The notes: generated from the letters alone by a model not told the origin. A stretch of 53,811 nucleotides of DNA from Methanomicrobiales archaeon (GCA_037137755.1 JBAXJR010000014.1:1-53811), one strand, 5' to 3'; shown: positions 9,279 to 19,670, counted from the first letter of the stretch. Numbers and translations are program-made.

Positions 9279-10783
9279 TTCAGCCACCTCCCACCGATCA
9301 GTTTTCCTAAATCAATAGCGGTGAGCATGGCAACCACGTGCATATCTTTGTCAACAACCGGCATTGCACTGATATTATGTCGTTCCAGTTTCTGGACTGC
9401 AATGTCTACCGGTTCATCCTCCGTGGTCGTCACTACTTTCTTTTTCATGATATCACGCACAAGTGTAGCTTTTCCCGGGTTAGCCACCGCTTTCGAGATA
9501 TCGTAGGTTGTTACTATCCCGACAAGCAGCCCGTTATTGTTGATCACGGGGAGGTGGTTTGTCTCACCCTTCAGAAGTTTCTGCGCTGCGGCCCTGATCT
9601 CCTCCGTCTCCCCGACAGAGACTACCCGTTTGTCCATGATATCCAGCACACGCGGTCCGTGTACTGATTCATGCATTGGTTTCACCCTTTTTTCAGGGTT
9701 GATTGGACGAGTCGGAAGTACAAGGGTCATCTTCCCCTGCTCCACCCACGATTTGAGCGTTCTGGCAACTTCTTTCGCTTTCCGGTAACTGGAGAGCGAG
9801 GACGTCCGAATTTCCTCACCATTTACCTCGACGATGCCACTCCGGAGTTCCGCATAATTTACTTTTCTCACAGCCGGCCGGTTCCTGCTCGGAACACCGT
9901 AATCAAGGAGGTCGACGGTGATATCCTCGTCCCTGACAGCGGTACTCCGCACAACCTCAAGGTCAACCACCGGGATGGGAATCCCAACTCCCATGTACAG
10001 GGTTACCCCGTACCCCTGCATCGTTGCGGCCCGGACATAGTCCTGTGACATCTCTTTCATGTTACCGGTAACCATCAGTGTACCATACCCGCCGGCAGGT
10101 GAGTGCTGGGTCCCTTCCCCGACGACCATCCCCTGTGCACCCCCGAGAAATATCGGCACCCCGCTCCCGATCATGCGGAGTTTGGGGTCATTCGAAAGGG
10201 GGTTTAACACTCCTGCCCCTGAAAATGTAATATTCCCTGAATTCGGGAGGAGCATCCCCATGTAGGTATGGAGGAGACGGTCGGTGGTATTAATCGCCGC
10301 GTTATACCGCTGGTATGCATTCCGGGGGTTGCACATGATCGCCTGGTTCAGGTGTTCGAGAAGCAGGTCAGTCGTGATCGTCCTCCGCGGGTAACAGTCT
10401 GTCCCCCGTGACATTGCCCTGAGCTCAACAGATTTACCGGCGATAAAGTCCTCGATTACATGGGCCCCGCCATACTGGTCCTCCCGTGTTGTTGACTGCT
10501 GGGTAGCCCCGATATAGGTATCAACCGCCGCCAGCCCCCCGTATGCCTCAACATCGTTTAACCATATCCGCTCCATGCGGATGGGTGGTTCTGCATGGCC
10601 AAAATTAAAAAAAGCGCCTGATGAACACATCGCACCGAAGGTCCCGGTGGTCACGACATCCACTTCACGGAGCGCTTCATCCTCCCCTAGTTCGGCGACA
10701 ATTCCGGGCATCGCATCCGCAGTGACCACCCGTGCATTGCCATCCCGTACCCGTTCATTGATCAGGTCGATGGACTTCTTCAT
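9275..10783 (-). CDS. L-aspartate semialdehyde sulfurtransferase (DUF39-CBS, homocysteine biosynthesis; MA1821-type)
   Basis: VDVVTTGTFGAMCSSGA, GTDCYPR, NPRNAYQRY; C-terminal CBS pair. Confidence 0.92.
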   Translation of the reverse strand: MKKSIDLINERVRDGNARVVTADAMPGIVAELGEDEALREVDVVTTGTFGAMCSSGAFFNFGHAEPPIRMERIWLNDVEAYGGLAAVDTYIGATQQSTTREDQYGGAHVIEDFIAGKSVELRAMSRGTDCYPRRTITTDLLLEHLNQAIMCNPRNAYQRYNAAINTTDRLLHTYMGMLLPNSGNITFSGAGVLNPLSNDPKLRMIGSGVPIFLGGAQGMVVGEGTQHSPAGGYGTLMVTGNMKEMSQDYVRAATMQGYGVTLYMGVGIPIPVVDLEVVRSTAVRDEDITVDLLDYGVPSRNRPAVRKVNYAELRSGIVEVNGEEIRTSSLSSYRKAKEVARTLKSWVEQGKMTLVLPTRPINPEKRVKPMHESVHGPRVLDIMDKRVVSVGETEEIRAAAQKLLKGETNHLPVINNNGLLVGIVTTYDISKAVANPGKATLVRDIMKKKVVTTTEDEPVDIAVQKLERHNISAMPVVDKDMHVVAMLTAIDLGKLIGGRWLK

Positions 10784-10875
10784 ACCTGTACGTATCATTT
10801 TCAAGAATATTTATAGGTTAAGTATATTACCCACAGTAATATAGAGTATTTAAACTCCCCGGACTAAACCGGAGT

Positions 10876-11583
10876 ATGGATATTCGCGAGTTCGTTTCCA
10901 GGATGGAGATTGTCGCACCTGCCAGCCTTGCAGAAGAATTCGATACGGGTCGTATTGGCCTTATTATTGAAGGAAAAACAGATATTAACAGGATCTTCTG
11001 TGCTCTTGATGCCAGTCCAGGGGTAGTTGGAGAAGCAGTACGGCAGCAGGCGGATATGCTTGTGGTGCATCACACCCCGATCTTTCACCCGGTAACGGCA
11101 GTCACGGGACCGCTGGTATCGTTGCTCCGGTCCGTGCTCGCTTCCGGTATGAATATTTTTGTCATGCATACAAACTTCGACCATGCACCACAGGGTGTTA
11201 ACGATTCACTTGCCGGACTCCTCGGGCTTACGAATACCACTCCGATGGCCCTCGGCCTTGTCGGGGACTGTCTGCTGGTACCTGAACAGATAGGGAACGT
11301 CCTCCATTCACCGCTCCGGATATGGGGGGAACTGCCATCCATCAACCGCCTTGCCATTGTCGGAGGGAGCGGGTTCGATATTGATCTGATACGGGAGGCC
11401 CATGGTCTCGGGGCCGATGCCTTCCTTTCGGCCGAGGCAAAACATTCAGTCATCAGGGCATCGCCACTGCCCCTGGTTGAGGCAACGCACTATGCGCTTG
11501 AAGCACCTGCCATGCAGATACTTTCGGCACGTATGGGATGGCACTATATTGATGACCCGCCTCATATGATTGCAATTCCATGA
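10876..11583 (+). CDS. Nif3-like dinuclear metal-centre protein (GTP cyclohydrolase 1 type 2 homolog)
   Basis: VVHHTP, MHTNFD, GGSG, THYALE motifs. Confidence 0.9.
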   Translation: MDIREFVSRMEIVAPASLAEEFDTGRIGLIIEGKTDINRIFCALDASPGVVGEAVRQQADMLVVHHTPIFHPVTAVTGPLVSLLRSVLASGMNIFVMHTNFDHAPQGVNDSLAGLLGLTNTTPMALGLVGDCLLVPEQIGNVLHSPLRIWGELPSINRLAIVGGSGFDIDLIREAHGLGADAFLSAEAKHSVIRASPLPLVEATHYALEAPAMQILSARMGWHYIDDPPHMIAIP

Positions 11584-11918
11584 GCGGTACACCGGAACAG
11601 GAAGAGCAGGAACTCTGGGACACCCTGGAAATAGACCATGCACTTTCTATCGACCTGCAGGAAGTGATCCTCAGGATATATGGTGAACGGGGCAGGAAGG
11701 CGATCCTTGCAGTGAATGAAGCCCATGTAAAAAAATACCTCGATTTTTTCGTCGTCGTGGGGACCAGTGATGAATACGTGGTGGAAGATGAGTTCTGCAC
11801 CTGCCGCGCCCAGGTGTTTCGCAGCGGTTCATGCTGGCATGTACTGGCTGCAAGGATTGCGGAGCTTACCGGCCAGTACGAGGTGGTCGATGAATGGTAT
11901 ATGGAGACGCTGAAATGA
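11580..11918 (+). CDS. SWIM zinc-finger protein
   Basis: CTC...CWHVLA SWIM motif; ATGA overlap with nif3. Confidence 0.85.
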   Translation: MSGTPEQEEQELWDTLEIDHALSIDLQEVILRIYGERGRKAILAVNEAHVKKYLDFFVVVGTSDEYVVEDEFCTCRAQVFRSGSCWHVLAARIAELTGQYEVVDEWYMETLK

Positions 11919-11986
11919 TCGCTATCAGGCGTCCCAACAATATTTATCGGAAAAACTCCAATATTTAAAGAGAAACGTGGTTTTTG

Positions 11987-14734
11987 ATGCTCGAAGAAGA
12001 ATACCAGCTCGATTATTTTAAACAGAACGGGCTTGTCAGGAAGGTCTGTACGAAGTGCGGTTCTGCGTTCTGGACACGTGACCCGGCCCGCGATATCTGC
12101 GGTGATGCCCCCTGCGAACCGTATAGTTTTATAGGAAACCCGGTATTCCGGCGGCATTCCCTGGATGAGATGAGGGAGGCATTCCTCTCGTTCTTCGAAA
12201 GAAACGGGCATACCCGGATTGAACGGTACCCGGTTGTAGCACGATGGAGGGATGATATCTACCTCACCATCGCATCAATTGCTGATTTCCAGCCATATGT
12301 TACCGCAGGGATCGTCCCCCCGCCGGCAAACCCGCTCACCATTTCGCAGCCATGTATCAGGTTAAATGACCTTGATTCAGTGGGAAGGTCGGGGAGGCAC
12401 CTTACCCAGTTCGAGATGATGGCGCACCACGCATTCAACAGCCAGGACACGGAGATATACTGGAAAGACCGCACGGTCGAACTCTGTGACGAATTTATAA
12501 AATCAATAGGTGGCGACCTGCAGAAGGTCACCTACAAGGAACACCCGTGGATAGGCGGAGGCAACGCCGGTCCCAGTGTCGAAGTGCTGATCGGTGGCCT
12601 TGAAGTCGCTACCCTTGTGTTCATGAACCTCGGGCGGCAAAAGACGGATGCCTCCGGGATCGACATGAACGGGGAAATGTACTACCCGATGAATAACAGG
12701 ATCGTGGATACCGGTTACGGGCTTGAGCGTTTTGTCTGGGCGTCCCGTGGTTCCCCTACCATCTACGATGCCGTATTCCCGGAAATGGTCTCAAGGGTCA
12801 TGGAAGCGGCAGGAATGGAACACCTGCTCGACGATGCCGAGTATACAAAAATCCTCTCCCTCAATGCCAGATATGCCGGCCTCCTCGGGGATATATCGGG
12901 AGCAAACCTGTTCCAGCTCAGGAACAAGGTCGCTTCTGCGATTAATGTCCCTCCTGACAAGCTCGACCGCATGATCGCCCCGATCGAGAAGGTCTATGCA
13001 ATCGTGGACCATACACGCTGTCTTGCCTACATGCTCGGTGACTGCATAGTCCCATCCAATGTCCGTGAAGGGTACCTCGCACGACTTGTCATCAGGCGGA
13101 CGCTGCGGATGATGAGCGACCTCGGCATACAAGACAGTCTTGCCGACCTGGTCGAGGAACAGATTAAAATTATCGGTCCCCGGCAGTTCGAACAGGACGT
13201 CCTGGTCACCAGGGAGATCATCGACCGCGAGGTGGAGAAATATGCCCAGACCCTTGAACGCGGTTCAAAGATTGTCCAGAGGGTGGCCCGGACCTATAAA
13301 GCAAAATCAGAACGGGTTCCCCTCAAAGAGGTCATCACGCTCTACGATTCCCATGGTATCCCGCCTGACATGATCAAGGAGATTGCACAGAAAGAGGGAG
13401 CTGTGGTTGACCTGCCCGACAATTTTTACTCCCATATTGCGGACATGCACTCCGAATCAGAGGTGCAGGTCGCAGAAGACCCGTATGCAAAATACCATGC
13501 CCGTATCAGGGGCCTGCCTGCCACCGGGAAACTCTACTATGCCCAGCCATGCAATACAGAATTCGAGGCAGTGGTAATCGATTTCTTTGACGGATTTGTC
13601 GTCATGGACCAGACGCTCTTCTACCCCGAGGGTGGCGGCCAGCCTGCCGATAGCGGGATGTTAATTACCCAGGAAAACATGGTCAGGGTCAACGGGGTTG
13701 TCAAAATCGGCGATGTTATCCTCCATCAACTGGAAGGGGGTATCCTCAGGCGGGGTGACCGCGTAAAAGGGATTGTCGATGAAGAGCGACGCTGGTCGCT
13801 GATGCGCCACCACACTGCAACCCACCTGCTGCTCAGGGCATCAAAAGATGTGCTCGGAGCCCATATCCACCAGGCAGGTGCACAGAAGGGAGTTGAAAGT
13901 TCGAGGATCGATATCCGTCATTTCAGGCATATCACAGCCGATGAACTGCATAAAATTGAGATGGCTGCAAACAGGATGGTCCTTGCCGATACCTGTATCG
14001 ATATTAAGTTCGAGGACCGGGTCAGGGCCGAGCAGTTGCACGGGTTCTCCCTCTACCAGGGCGGTGTCCCTCCCGGAAGGGAGCTCCGGATCGTTTCTGT
14101 CGCCGGAGATATCGAAGCATGTGCAGGGACACACTGCATGAGTACGGGCCAGATAGGCATGATCAAGATCATGCGGGTCGAACATATCCAGGACGGGATC
14201 GAACGCCTGGAGTTCTCGGCCGGGCTTGCAGCCCTTGCATGGATGCATCACCTCGAGGAGATTGTAAACAGTTCAGCAGAGGTATTCTCAGTCCAGCAGG
14301 ATAACCTGCCGGCCACCTCGCAGCGGTTCTTTAACGAGTGGAAAGACCAGAAAAAGGAGAATGAAAAACTCTCTCAAAAACTCGTTGAACTCGAGATCGC
14401 ACAAATCAGGCCGGAGATGATGAAAGGAGTACCGGTCGTTGTGAAGCGCCTTGACCTGCCGGCAAAAGACCTGATGACAATTGCAGCGCAGATCTCCGGG
14501 AAGGGGGGCGTAGCCTTCTTATTGTCGAGAAATGGTGAACGTGTGGATGCGGTAATTACTTCCGGGATCGCAGCGGTGAATGCCGGGGAGATTATCGGGC
14601 AGGTCACAGGACTTCTCGGGGGGAAAGGCGGGGGTACCCCGGCTCTCGGACGAGGGGGAGGACCTGCGGTCGAACAGATGGAGCTTGCCATCAAGGTCGG
14701 ACGTGAGAGGATCACGGCCGCACTCAACAGCTGA
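11987..14734 (+). CDS. alaS: Alanyl-tRNA synthetase (archaeal type)
   Basis: Zn ribbon CTKCG; LTIASIADFQ, SQPCIRLND, DTGYGLER; editing domain HHTATH and ACAGTH; C-Ala GGKGGG. Confidence 0.98.
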   Translation: MLEEEYQLDYFKQNGLVRKVCTKCGSAFWTRDPARDICGDAPCEPYSFIGNPVFRRHSLDEMREAFLSFFERNGHTRIERYPVVARWRDDIYLTIASIADFQPYVTAGIVPPPANPLTISQPCIRLNDLDSVGRSGRHLTQFEMMAHHAFNSQDTEIYWKDRTVELCDEFIKSIGGDLQKVTYKEHPWIGGGNAGPSVEVLIGGLEVATLVFMNLGRQKTDASGIDMNGEMYYPMNNRIVDTGYGLERFVWASRGSPTIYDAVFPEMVSRVMEAAGMEHLLDDAEYTKILSLNARYAGLLGDISGANLFQLRNKVASAINVPPDKLDRMIAPIEKVYAIVDHTRCLAYMLGDCIVPSNVREGYLARLVIRRTLRMMSDLGIQDSLADLVEEQIKIIGPRQFEQDVLVTREIIDREVEKYAQTLERGSKIVQRVARTYKAKSERVPLKEVITLYDSHGIPPDMIKEIAQKEGAVVDLPDNFYSHIADMHSESEVQVAEDPYAKYHARIRGLPATGKLYYAQPCNTEFEAVVIDFFDGFVVMDQTLFYPEGGGQPADSGMLITQENMVRVNGVVKIGDVILHQLEGGILRRGDRVKGIVDEERRWSLMRHHTATHLLLRASKDVLGAHIHQAGAQKGVESSRIDIRHFRHITADELHKIEMAANRMVLADTCIDIKFEDRVRAEQLHGFSLYQGGVPPGRELRIVSVAGDIEACAGTHCMSTGQIGMIKIMRVEHIQDGIERLEFSAGLAALAWMHHLEEIVNSSAEVFSVQQDNLPATSQRFFNEWKDQKKENEKLSQKLVELEIAQIRPEMMKGVPVVVKRLDLPAKDLMTIAAQISGKGGVAFLLSRNGERVDAVITSGIAAVNAGEIIGQVTGLLGGKGGGTPALGRGGGPAVEQMELAIKVGRERITAALNS

Positions 14735-14744
14735 AATGTACCTT

Positions 14745-15542
14745 ATGCCAGACGACACGGTGCCGGGAGCAGAAGGTCAGGGCGGGACTGGAACAGGCCC
14801 GCTTCCGGATGCAAGGGACGTGATTGTCCTTGAACCAGGCGGTGAACAGGCGCAGAAGATCGCGAAGGCGATGGGGAGCCAGACGGCGGGCGATATCCTC
14901 CAGCTCTTAAATACAGGCCCGAAAACGTCCACCGAGGTGACAGACCAGCTCGGAATTCCCATGGGTACGGCGAAGTACCATATTGAAAACCTCCTCGATG
15001 CCGGCCTGATAGAGGTTACAAAGACAAAATATAGCGTGAAAGGGAGGGAAGTTAAGGTATACGGCCTCAAGGACCAGCTCCTCATCGTCACGCCACGGGT
15101 AACAAATGTGAGGGCACTGCTCCTGAAGTATGCATCGCTCTTTGGAGTTGTTGTAGTTGCAACAGTGGTAATAGGGGCTGCCCTGCAGGTACTGACGCTT
15201 GGTGGGACCACGGCATCACTAGATCTTGATATGAAAAAGTCAGCAATTAATGCGGTGCCTGCCCCATCAGCCCCGTTATTATCAGGGAATACCGGAGTGC
15301 AGGGGATGGGGCTGGTTACAGAAAACGCGTCACGGGTTACGGATAGTAAAGATATTGTTACAACAGTAGTACCCACGTACAGTCCTGAAACAGTCTATTC
15401 CCAGGTCCAGTTCCCGGCTACTCCACCAGCAGTATTCCCACACCAGGATGTCCTTCTCGCTTTTTTCCTCGGTGGATGCCTGGTTATCGTAGCGATTGTC
15501 CTCTATGATAGAATCCAGCGGAGAAAAAACCAGGGAAACTAA
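14745..15542 (+). CDS. ArsR-family winged-helix regulator with two transmembrane segments
   Basis: KIAKAMGSQTAGDIL...YHIENLLDAGLI wHTH, hydrophobic LFGVVVVATVVIGAAL, S/T/P-rich loop, C-terminal TM followed by RRKN. Confidence 0.8.
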   Translation: MPDDTVPGAEGQGGTGTGPLPDARDVIVLEPGGEQAQKIAKAMGSQTAGDILQLLNTGPKTSTEVTDQLGIPMGTAKYHIENLLDAGLIEVTKTKYSVKGREVKVYGLKDQLLIVTPRVTNVRALLLKYASLFGVVVVATVVIGAALQVLTLGGTTASLDLDMKKSAINAVPAPSAPLLSGNTGVQGMGLVTENASRVTDSKDIVTTVVPTYSPETVYSQVQFPATPPAVFPHQDVLLAFFLGGCLVIVAIVLYDRIQRRKNQGN

Positions 15543-15595
15543 AAACGAAGAATTTTAAAAAAAAAAGTCCCGGTTTTTTTGGGTATCTCTCTTTT
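15540..15595. terminator. Convergent oligo-T/oligo-A terminator region
   Basis: Long A-run followed by TTTTTTT and TCTCTCTTTT between two convergent genes. Confidence 0.55.
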
Positions 15596-16431
15596 CAACG
15601 GTTATATTTGCGGAGCGTCAGGAACCCGGCAACTCCAAGGCCTGCTATAATCCCTACCACGGGGGCCCCGGATTTAGTCGGGGTTGGTACCGGTGTTTTT
15701 GTCTGCACAGGTCGGGGTGTGGTCGGAGTCGGCGTGAACATGAGTGTTCCTTCCGTAGTGACGACCGGGACGGGAGTCACCGCGGCTTTTACAGCAAACG
15801 TCTTTTCCCCGATATACCCGGTTAAGTCTGCAAAACGTACATTATAGTTACCCGGTTCATCTACGGGAATATTTTGTGAGAAGTACCCGTCCTGGTTTCC
15901 ACCCCGGGTCGCCGTTGCAATATACGCCGGCCCGAATACCCTCCCAAGAGGGCCGATTACATCAATTTTCACACCTGAGTTACCTGCCTGTGAAATATAC
16001 CCTTCAATAAGGAGTGCATTTGGAATGACCTGGTTGACCGGGCTGGTGATATGGAGCAGATCTGAGCGGTCAACCAGCTCGACTACCTTGATTGTCACGG
16101 AATCTGAACTGAGTTTGTCCTGGTAATCCCCGCGGGGGACTGCTTCCACTTTATACATGCCACCTTTTAAGCCGGTTGTTTCGAAAACGATGTTAAAGTT
16201 TTTATCCTCCCCAATCGTCACCGGAACATTGCTAACCAGGTTTGAGGTCTGACCCGAACTGGAAAATGACAGGTCAAGTGTTGTCCCTGCCGGAAACGTG
16301 GTCGTCCCCGTTACCGGGAGGGGGGCACCAACCGGGAGTTTCGCGGGACAATCAATGGTAAGCACATATGCAGATGCCGTACCGACAATGCAGGCCATCA
16401 CGAGTAATACAATTATTGCAATCTTTTTCAT
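15595..16431 (-). CDS. Secreted cell-surface protein with a C-terminal archaeal sorting/TM anchor
   Basis: Signal peptide MKKIAIIVLLVMACIVGTASA, beta-rich domains, P/T linker, TPTKSG + TM + RK tail. Confidence 0.8.
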   Translation of the reverse strand: MKKIAIIVLLVMACIVGTASAYVLTIDCPAKLPVGAPLPVTGTTTFPAGTTLDLSFSSSGQTSNLVSNVPVTIGEDKNFNIVFETTGLKGGMYKVEAVPRGDYQDKLSSDSVTIKVVELVDRSDLLHITSPVNQVIPNALLIEGYISQAGNSGVKIDVIGPLGRVFGPAYIATATRGGNQDGYFSQNIPVDEPGNYNVRFADLTGYIGEKTFAVKAAVTPVPVVTTEGTLMFTPTPTTPRPVQTKTPVPTPTKSGAPVVGIIAGLGVAGFLTLRKYNR

Positions 16432-16591
16432 AGTAATCAGGTGGCATTACGAGGGTAAATGGTTTCTGGAAGTTTTCATTCACCGTTTTTATTGTCCTCA
16501 TATAGGGGGTAAATTTTGCAGGCCAGCCAGGCTGGGTATTATAAATGAACTCCGTAAAAAATGGAGCAGGCCTTGGGGCCTATAATCAGGA

Positions 16592-17197
16592 TCAGCACAT
16601 CCCGATATAATTGGACAGAAGCCGGAGCCCTTTAATACCGCTCTTTTCCGGGTGGAACTGGACCCCAAAGACATTGCCGTTATGGATCGTCGAGGCAAAA
16701 CCGCATATGTATTCCGTCGTCGTCAGGGTGTATTCAGGGAGGGTGTCCGCGTAATAGGAGTGGACAAAATACATGAACTCCTCCGTTGGAAAGCCGGCAA
16801 AGAGGGGATGATCAGGTTGTTCCAGGTGCACCTGGTTCCAGCCCATGTGGGGTACCTTGTACCCGGGCCGGTGTGGAAATTTCCTGACGGTCCCGGGAAC
16901 AAGGGAAAGCCCCTTGTGAAGCCCGTGTTCCTCGGAAAATTCCATCAGCATCTGCATTCCAAGGCATATCCCGAGCAGCGGTACATCCCTGGAACTTCCG
17001 ACAACTGCATCACGGAGCTCACCGAGCTGGTCCATACCCTCACGGAAAGCCCCGACCCCGGGGAGGACTATCCCGTCAGCTGAGGCAATCTCGCCTGCAT
17101 CTGCCGTGATAACCGGTGAAGCACCCGCCTTCTCAAGGCCTTTCATAACACTTCTCAGGTTACCAAGCCCGTAATCAACAATTGCTATCTTCTTCAT
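16592..17197 (-). CDS. hisH: Imidazole glycerol phosphate synthase glutaminase subunit
   Basis: DYGLGNL, LPGVGAF, GICLGMQ, PHMGWN, YFVHSY, QFHPEKS. Confidence 0.97.
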   Translation of the reverse strand: MKKIAIVDYGLGNLRSVMKGLEKAGASPVITADAGEIASADGIVLPGVGAFREGMDQLGELRDAVVGSSRDVPLLGICLGMQMLMEFSEEHGLHKGLSLVPGTVRKFPHRPGYKVPHMGWNQVHLEQPDHPLFAGFPTEEFMYFVHSYYADTLPEYTLTTTEYICGFASTIHNGNVFGVQFHPEKSGIKGLRLLSNYIGMC

Positions 17198-18623
17198 CAG
17201 GCATTTCTCCTTCGCCGTCCATGCCGGAGGCCGGTACAACGATCCCCTGGTCTTTTTTTCGCCACCTGCTCTCCGTAATCCACTCAGGGGGCAGACCGTG
17301 GTTGTTTCGCCATTCCTCGAGACGGTTATTCCATGACTGCATCAGTGCAGGATGGTTGTTCCCTATCTCTTCAAGCACTGCAATATCACTGGACGGGCAC
17401 ATAAAGCAGCCGATCCGGTCCAGGCCCTGCTCGTAGAGGACATTGTAAGGCCCTTTCTCCCGGAAAATGTATAACCATACATGCATGGCAGTCCAGTTCT
17501 GGATCGGTGCCGCAGAGAGCTGGTTCCGGACATTGCTGTTCCGCCAGACACGGCCTGATGTTGCCCGCTTAAATGACTCGTATTTCCGCTGGCCAATGAA
17601 TGAGAGGCATTCACCCCATTTCTCTGATATCGCACGTTTAACCGGTTTCAGCTTGCAGACACCACAGCACCAGCGGTAGTCAACTGCAGGCGGCCCCTGC
17701 CGGGCAAACGTCTCCCAGAACTCCTTCTCACCGGAGCACCTGACCGCTGTAAGCCCGTAATGTTCAATCGTCTTCTCCACGCACTCGTAGGTCTCGGGGA
17801 ACTCAAGGCCCGTGTCAGCAAACAGGATTGGCACGTTACCAATCGCTTTCATTACCACGAGAAGCGTGGCAAGGCTGTCCTTGCCACCTGAGAACGAGAC
17901 ATTGACCGGGAGAGGGTTTCTCTCCATGACCTCGTGGATAAACTGAACAGATGCAGCCTCGGCTTTTTCAAGTACAACTGCGTTCGCCCTGACCGCTTCT
18001 TCCCAGGTCGCAACCCCTGGTATTACATCAGACCGTACATTTCTTCGCATCCGGACAATTGCACCACGGTCCATCGATTCTGCCGTAGCGGCATCTACCT
18101 TCGCCCTTCCGACACCGGCACACTCACCTGAACGGGTGAAGACAAAGACCTCGTCACCTGCACTCACCGAAGGATCAATATGTACAAGTCCCGGCCGGAG
18201 CACACTTGCTCCTTCCCGGAGTGATGTGAGGGCACCGTCATCGACAATTACAAAACGCTTCGTTGGTTTTAACAATTCTGCAGCTTCAGGCCGGGGTATC
18301 GGTTCCCATGCCCGGATTTTTGGCATATACCGAATTGACCCGACAACTGCACCCGCCACTACGATCTCCTCCATCCGGTCCGGGTCAGGTACTTTATTGA
18401 GGAGGGCAATGTGACCAGGCGGGATTAATGGGGCCCCGAAATGGTCCGAAAAAACCCGGTTAACGAGATCGATATCATAGGTAAACGCCGGCCGGGCATC
18501 CCCAGGTGGTGTAACCGGCACTTCGCGGGTAAATGCCCCGCAGGCACACTGGCGCGACATGACCGGTGTATGGCATGAATCACACCAGCGGAGGAGGATC
18601 TTTCCAAGGTAAGACGAGGGCAT
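17175..18623 (-). CDS. PAPS/APS-reductase-family protein with Zn ribbon and PUA domain
   Basis: WCDSC..CACG; PUA (VDDGA..SLREGASVLRPG); PP-loop SFSGGKDS; WCCGVCK; RIGCFMCP. Confidence 0.88.
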   Translation of the reverse strand: MPSSYLGKILLRWCDSCHTPVMSRQCACGAFTREVPVTPPGDARPAFTYDIDLVNRVFSDHFGAPLIPPGHIALLNKVPDPDRMEEIVVAGAVVGSIRYMPKIRAWEPIPRPEAAELLKPTKRFVIVDDGALTSLREGASVLRPGLVHIDPSVSAGDEVFVFTRSGECAGVGRAKVDAATAESMDRGAIVRMRRNVRSDVIPGVATWEEAVRANAVVLEKAEAASVQFIHEVMERNPLPVNVSFSGGKDSLATLLVVMKAIGNVPILFADTGLEFPETYECVEKTIEHYGLTAVRCSGEKEFWETFARQGPPAVDYRWCCGVCKLKPVKRAISEKWGECLSFIGQRKYESFKRATSGRVWRNSNVRNQLSAAPIQNWTAMHVWLYIFREKGPYNVLYEQGLDRIGCFMCPSSDIAVLEEIGNNHPALMQSWNNRLEEWRNNHGLPPEWITESRWRKKDQGIVVPASGMDGEGEMPDEEDSNC

Positions 18624-18744
18624 TCTCGCGTAATATTCGAAGCAGGAGGATAAATATGGAGAGGATCCTGCAATTAAAACGGGGTAGGGCCAGAAGAAAG
18701 GGTCGCGGTTATTCTTATCTCTTCACCGGCCAACATTACCTTTT

Positions 18745-19602
18745 ATGTTTGAATCCGTGTCAAGGAGTTTTTCCCTCATTAAGGAAAGCTGGAAGGTCCT
18801 TTCCCTGGATAAGGAGATCCTCCTCTTCCCGGTGCTTTCCGGGATCGCATTATTATTCATCCTGCTGTCATTTGTGATACCCGCCCTGTTCCTGGGTTAT
18901 TTCCAGGAAGGGGTACCGGCCCTTTCGGGGGGTGTCCTCCTCGTGGGTCTCTTCCTCTTCTACCTGCTCTGTTACTTCGTCGTGATTTATTTCAATACCG
19001 CATTGATCACCTGCGCAAGAATGCGCCTGACAGGTGGAAACCCGGTGTTTATGGATGGTATCAGGAACGCAAACGCTCATCTCGTACCCATATTTATCTG
19101 GGCGATGATCTCAGCAACAATCGGGCTTGTCCTTAATTTACTCCAGGAACGGGCAGGTTTTATCGGGCAGATAGTATTCGGGCTTATCGGGGCTGCGTGG
19201 AGCCTGATCACGTACTTTGCAATCCCGGTGATGATTTTTGAGGAAAAAGGGCCTGTGGAGGCGATAAAGCAATCCGCCTCGCTGTTCCGCAAGACCTGGG
19301 GGGAGACCCTTGTCGGCCAGGTGTCAATCACGATCGTATTTGTACTTCTCGGTATTGCTGGCTTAATCCCGGTTTTCCTTGCCCTGATGTCCGGAATTTT
19401 CCCATTGTTCCTCGTTTTGCTTGCGGTTTTCATAGTCTACCTTGCAATACTGATGGTGATCGGATCGAGCCTGCAGGGCGTATTTAATACTGCACTCTAT
19501 CTCTATGCAACAACAGGGAATGTACCGGAGGCCTATACAAAAGAACTGATTGAAAATGCATTTGCCCCAAAACCGGTTGGCGGCATGAGAGGAAATATTT
19601 AA
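18745..19602 (+). CDS. Multi-pass membrane protein (DUF6159-like)
   Basis: About 6 hydrophobic helices; SWKVL, PVMIFE.KGP.EAIK.S..LFRKTWGE, LYLYA motifs. Confidence 0.7.
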   Translation: MFESVSRSFSLIKESWKVLSLDKEILLFPVLSGIALLFILLSFVIPALFLGYFQEGVPALSGGVLLVGLFLFYLLCYFVVIYFNTALITCARMRLTGGNPVFMDGIRNANAHLVPIFIWAMISATIGLVLNLLQERAGFIGQIVFGLIGAAWSLITYFAIPVMIFEEKGPVEAIKQSASLFRKTWGETLVGQVSITIVFVLLGIAGLIPVFLALMSGIFPLFLVLLAVFIVYLAILMVIGSSLQGVFNTALYLYATTGNVPEAYTKELIENAFAPKPVGGMRGNI

Positions 19603-19670
19603 AAAAAACTGGTTTCCCCTGTTACAGGGGACTCTTCATTTTTCTCCAGATTTTTTTTATTTTAATCCCC

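Noticed and set aside
11453-12211. 252-aa minus-strand ORF
   Set aside because: Overlaps nif3, SWIM and alaS on the opposite strand; no family signal
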